A DNA stretch of 64,000 nt, taken from sequence record KX452698. One strand, 5' to 3'. Position numbers and translations under genes: made by a program. The notes under the pieces were generated by a model. That model worked only from the letters and a program-made list of their open reading frames with translations, ran no database searches and was not told where the DNA came from. Source of the stretch: Shigella phage KNP5. Below, piece by piece: positions 61,936 to 64,000 of this stretch (within the stretch, counting starts at the first letter, position 1; the number at the start of each line of letters is the position of its first letter).

Positions 61936-62279
61936 CTAGTACTCAATCCTCGATTATAAGAATCTACCAAACGGTCAACCATTGAATGACAAGCGGCTTT
62001 ATCTTTCTCCTCCGCAACTGAACATTCTAAGGTATTCCATTTTTTAGCATATCGTTTTAACAATGTATCATTTTTGTATCTGCTTGATTTATCTCTTTCT
62101 CCGTCTTTATATGCATATATTAATTTCTGTGCAAATTCAGCTTGGCATGCTTTATTTTTCCCGCAATAATCCGCGGCAGTACGATTTACATACTCTCTAA
62201 TTTCAGTATATGATGTATCTGCTGATGCAGAAGCAGAAAATGAAATTAATCCTATACATAAAACCAAAATTTTAGTCAT
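61932..62279 (-). CDS. secreted or periplasmic small Cys-containing protein (115 aa, signal peptide)
   Basis: MTKILVLCIGLISFSASASA signal peptide; 4 Cys in the mature part. Confidence 0.6.
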   Translation of the reverse strand: MTKILVLCIGLISFSASASADTSYTEIREYVNRTAADYCGKNKACQAEFAQKLIYAYKDGERDKSSRYKNDTLLKRYAKKWNTLECSVAEEKDKAACHSMVDRLVDSYNRGLSTR

Positions 62280-62817
62280 TTACTATTTCCAAAAGTTTAT
62301 TATTTTTAAGGTAATTAGCCTTTTCTAGGACTTCAGAAGCATATTTAGAACCTGCTTTAACATTCCATCCCGAATTATAAGAGGATATTGCTTTTCTTAT
62401 ATCGCCCTTATGTATATTTAACCAATAAGAAAGTTCAATGTACGCCCAGGAAGCTGAATTGGACCGTTTATTCAACATTCTTTTTATTTCAGCATCGGTC
62501 ATATTATAACCAAGTTCCTTAACTCTTGCTCGCATAGTTGGCAAATAATTTTGGAACATTCCATAGGCATGATGCTTTGGTTTAGATTTTAAATTAACTC
62601 CGGCAGAGCTTTCTTGCCACAAAATAGCAGCCATTATATGACCCAATCCGCTCTTGTGGATATTTTTGTGTGTTTTATATTTTCCATCCTTAGAAAATTG
62701 TTCCCCGAATTGATATGCGTAACGCATGTTATCGAGTTGGACATTACTGAAAGTATGCTCGGAGCTATGCGCCATCATTGAAATGGCCAATAGACCAGCG
62801 AGTAGTGCTTTTCTCAT
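62272..62817 (-). CDS. secreted lytic transglycosylase-like protein (SLT domain)
   Basis: signal peptide MRKALLAGLLAISMMAHS; SLT motifs ILWQESS, YGMFQ, SYNSG. Confidence 0.65.
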   Translation of the reverse strand: MRKALLAGLLAISMMAHSSEHTFSNVQLDNMRYAYQFGEQFSKDGKYKTHKNIHKSGLGHIMAAILWQESSAGVNLKSKPKHHAYGMFQNYLPTMRARVKELGYNMTDAEIKRMLNKRSNSASWAYIELSYWLNIHKGDIRKAISSYNSGWNVKAGSKYASEVLEKANYLKNNKLLEIVND

Positions 62818-62824
62818 GCTTACC

Positions 62825-63286
62825 TCATTGAGTTTTAATTACTGCTTTAGAAGCCTTTCCTGGTAAACGACGACTGTTGATAATTGCCATCCTGCATTGA
62901 AGCGACGGGTCTTTGAACTTCGCATTAGGTTTACAAACTGTAAATCCAAGCCAAAGATTTCCATCTGTGATTTCTAAACGTCCAGGACGGTATTCAACCC
63001 CATCAATAAAATCCTCGTCAATATCAGGACGCGGAGGCATACTCAGGAATTCATTAACTTCTAAAACATGGTCTTTTATTTTGTGGAATAATTCAAAAAC
63101 ATATGTCTCATCAATCTCTCGTTGAATTGCACGATCAAGAAGATGCTGAGAATATTTTAGATGAAACGATGAGACCCCTGCTGCTTTTGATGCCTCACGA
63201 ATCTCATTGTTAATTTGACGAAACTCCGACTCAAAGTGACGACGAAGCTTATTTCGACGGATAAAAACTTCTGTGTTGATAGTCAT
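62825..63286 (-). CDS. regB: endoribonuclease RegB
   Basis: 153-aa ORF MTINTEVFIRRNKLRRHFESEF...; size and sequence as T4 RegB. Confidence 0.88.
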   Translation of the reverse strand: MTINTEVFIRRNKLRRHFESEFRQINNEIREASKAAGVSSFHLKYSQHLLDRAIQREIDETYVFELFHKIKDHVLEVNEFLSMPPRPDIDEDFIDGVEYRPGRLEITDGNLWLGFTVCKPNAKFKDPSLQCRMAIINSRRLPGKASKAVIKTQ

Positions 63287-63345
63287 GTTATTCTCCTCTT
63301 AACTGATAGAGAAATTATACCACAGTCAAGAGGAAAAGTAAACAG

Positions 63346-63624
63346 TTATTCTTTAAATCTAATCAATTTATTCATAGACTTTGTAACTTCTGCACGAACC
63401 TCATGTAGGTTTTTAAGCTGTTCAAGACGCTGCTCATAGTAAGCAATTTCATCTTCTTCTAGACAGTCCTGTGAATCTTCTTTAAGATAACGCGCATAGT
63501 CCTGGAAAGCTTTACGGACTACTTCCTGGAAGTCATCAAGACTTTGAATTTTCTTAGGAGCAACAGATACACGACGAGGGGCAGTATAATACTCATAACC
63601 AAACCCTGCGCTTAATTGAGCCAT
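63346..63624 (-). CDS. hypothetical small acidic protein (93 aa; T4 vs.3/vs.4 position)
   Basis: ATG 63624 overlapping the upstream TAA; [20 protein letters not shown]... Confidence 0.55.
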   Translation of the reverse strand: MAQLSAGFGYEYYTAPRRVSVAPKKIQSLDDFQEVVRKAFQDYARYLKEDSQDCLEEDEIAYYEQRLEQLKNLHEVRAEVTKSMNKLIRFKE

Positions 63625-63890
63625 TAATATTTTTCCTCTGGTTGGAACACAGCACGACAAGCCCACATACTGGCTTCTTTGAGTTTCGTTTTAGCAATAG
63701 TTAACTGATCGAGGCTTTCAGCATAATTCTTCGCGAATTCACAGTCTTCACAATTATCCAGTGCTTCCCAGAATTCATCGTATAAAGCGTCAAAGATAAG
63801 TCCTAAACGAACTTCAGCATCTTTGATAGCATTCACTTTACCGATTTTCTCTTCAGTATGTGGCTTATAACCTTTAATATCTTCAATCAT
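63624..63890 (-). CDS. hypothetical small acidic protein (88 aa; T4 vs.3/vs.4 position)
   Basis: ATG 63890 with GAGGAAG SD; [20 protein letters not shown]... Confidence 0.55.
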   Translation of the reverse strand: MIEDIKGYKPHTEEKIGKVNAIKDAEVRLGLIFDALYDEFWEALDNCEDCEFAKNYAESLDQLTIAKTKLKEASMWACRAVFQPEEKY

Positions 63891-64000
63891 ATTTGACTTC
63901 CTCACCAGTACATAAATCATATTCAACTAAACGAATAGGTTCATGAATGCCATATCCTTGAACAGAAATTTCTGTCGTAGGATAAATTCCATCAATATCA
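63883..64000 (-). CDS. 3' end of a CDS continuing beyond the window
   Basis: open frame ending at TGA 63883..63885, ATGA-type overlap with the next gene. Confidence 0.4.
   Translation of the reverse strand, partial: DIDGIYPTTEISVQGYGIHEPIRLVEYDLCTGEEVKYD

Noticed and set aside
27669-64000. tRNA genes, CRISPR arrays, integrase or attachment sites
   Set aside because: No cloverleaf-like conserved tRNA segments, no regularly spaced direct repeats, and no integrase-like ORF were seen; the gene content is that of a strictly lytic T4-like phage.

Overview
This window is a T4-like (Tequatrovirus-type) phage early/middle gene region, with every supportable gene on the minus strand. About 42% of it (482..27668) is an N block and cannot be read; a second 99-nt N run sits at 37556..37654. 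The readable part runs, in increasing coordinate, through the replication and recombination core (DNA polymerase 43, regA, clamp loader 62/44, clamp 45, rpbA, 46, 47), alpha-glucosyltransferase, late sigma factor 55, the anaerobic ribonucleotide reductase cluster (nrdH-like, nrdG, nrdD), endonuclease VII (49), thioredoxin nrdC, a long accessory block of hypothetical genes, rI, thymidine kinase, and regB. Protein identities are from my recollection of T4 proteins and from motifs visible in the translations, not from database searches. Intergenic regions carry T4-type early promoters (GTTTAC -35 plus an extended TACTATACAACTATC -10 region), MotA-box middle promoters, one late TATAAATA promoter, C(UUCG)G tetraloop hairpins and rho-independent terminators. 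No tRNA, CRISPR array or integrase was seen. The points most worth a second look are: an in-frame TAA inside an otherwise full-length, intron-less nrdD; a GIY-YIG-like homing-endonuclease ORF between 47 and a-gt broken by the N gap; an accessory operon encoding a nucleotidyltransferase-fold protein next to a 2-TM protein plus a separately promoted AAA+ ATPase; a four-member tandem paralog family; a macro-domain protein; and two small proteins at the position of T4 vs.3/vs.4 (vs.4 being the anti-CBASS sponge Acb2 in T4).
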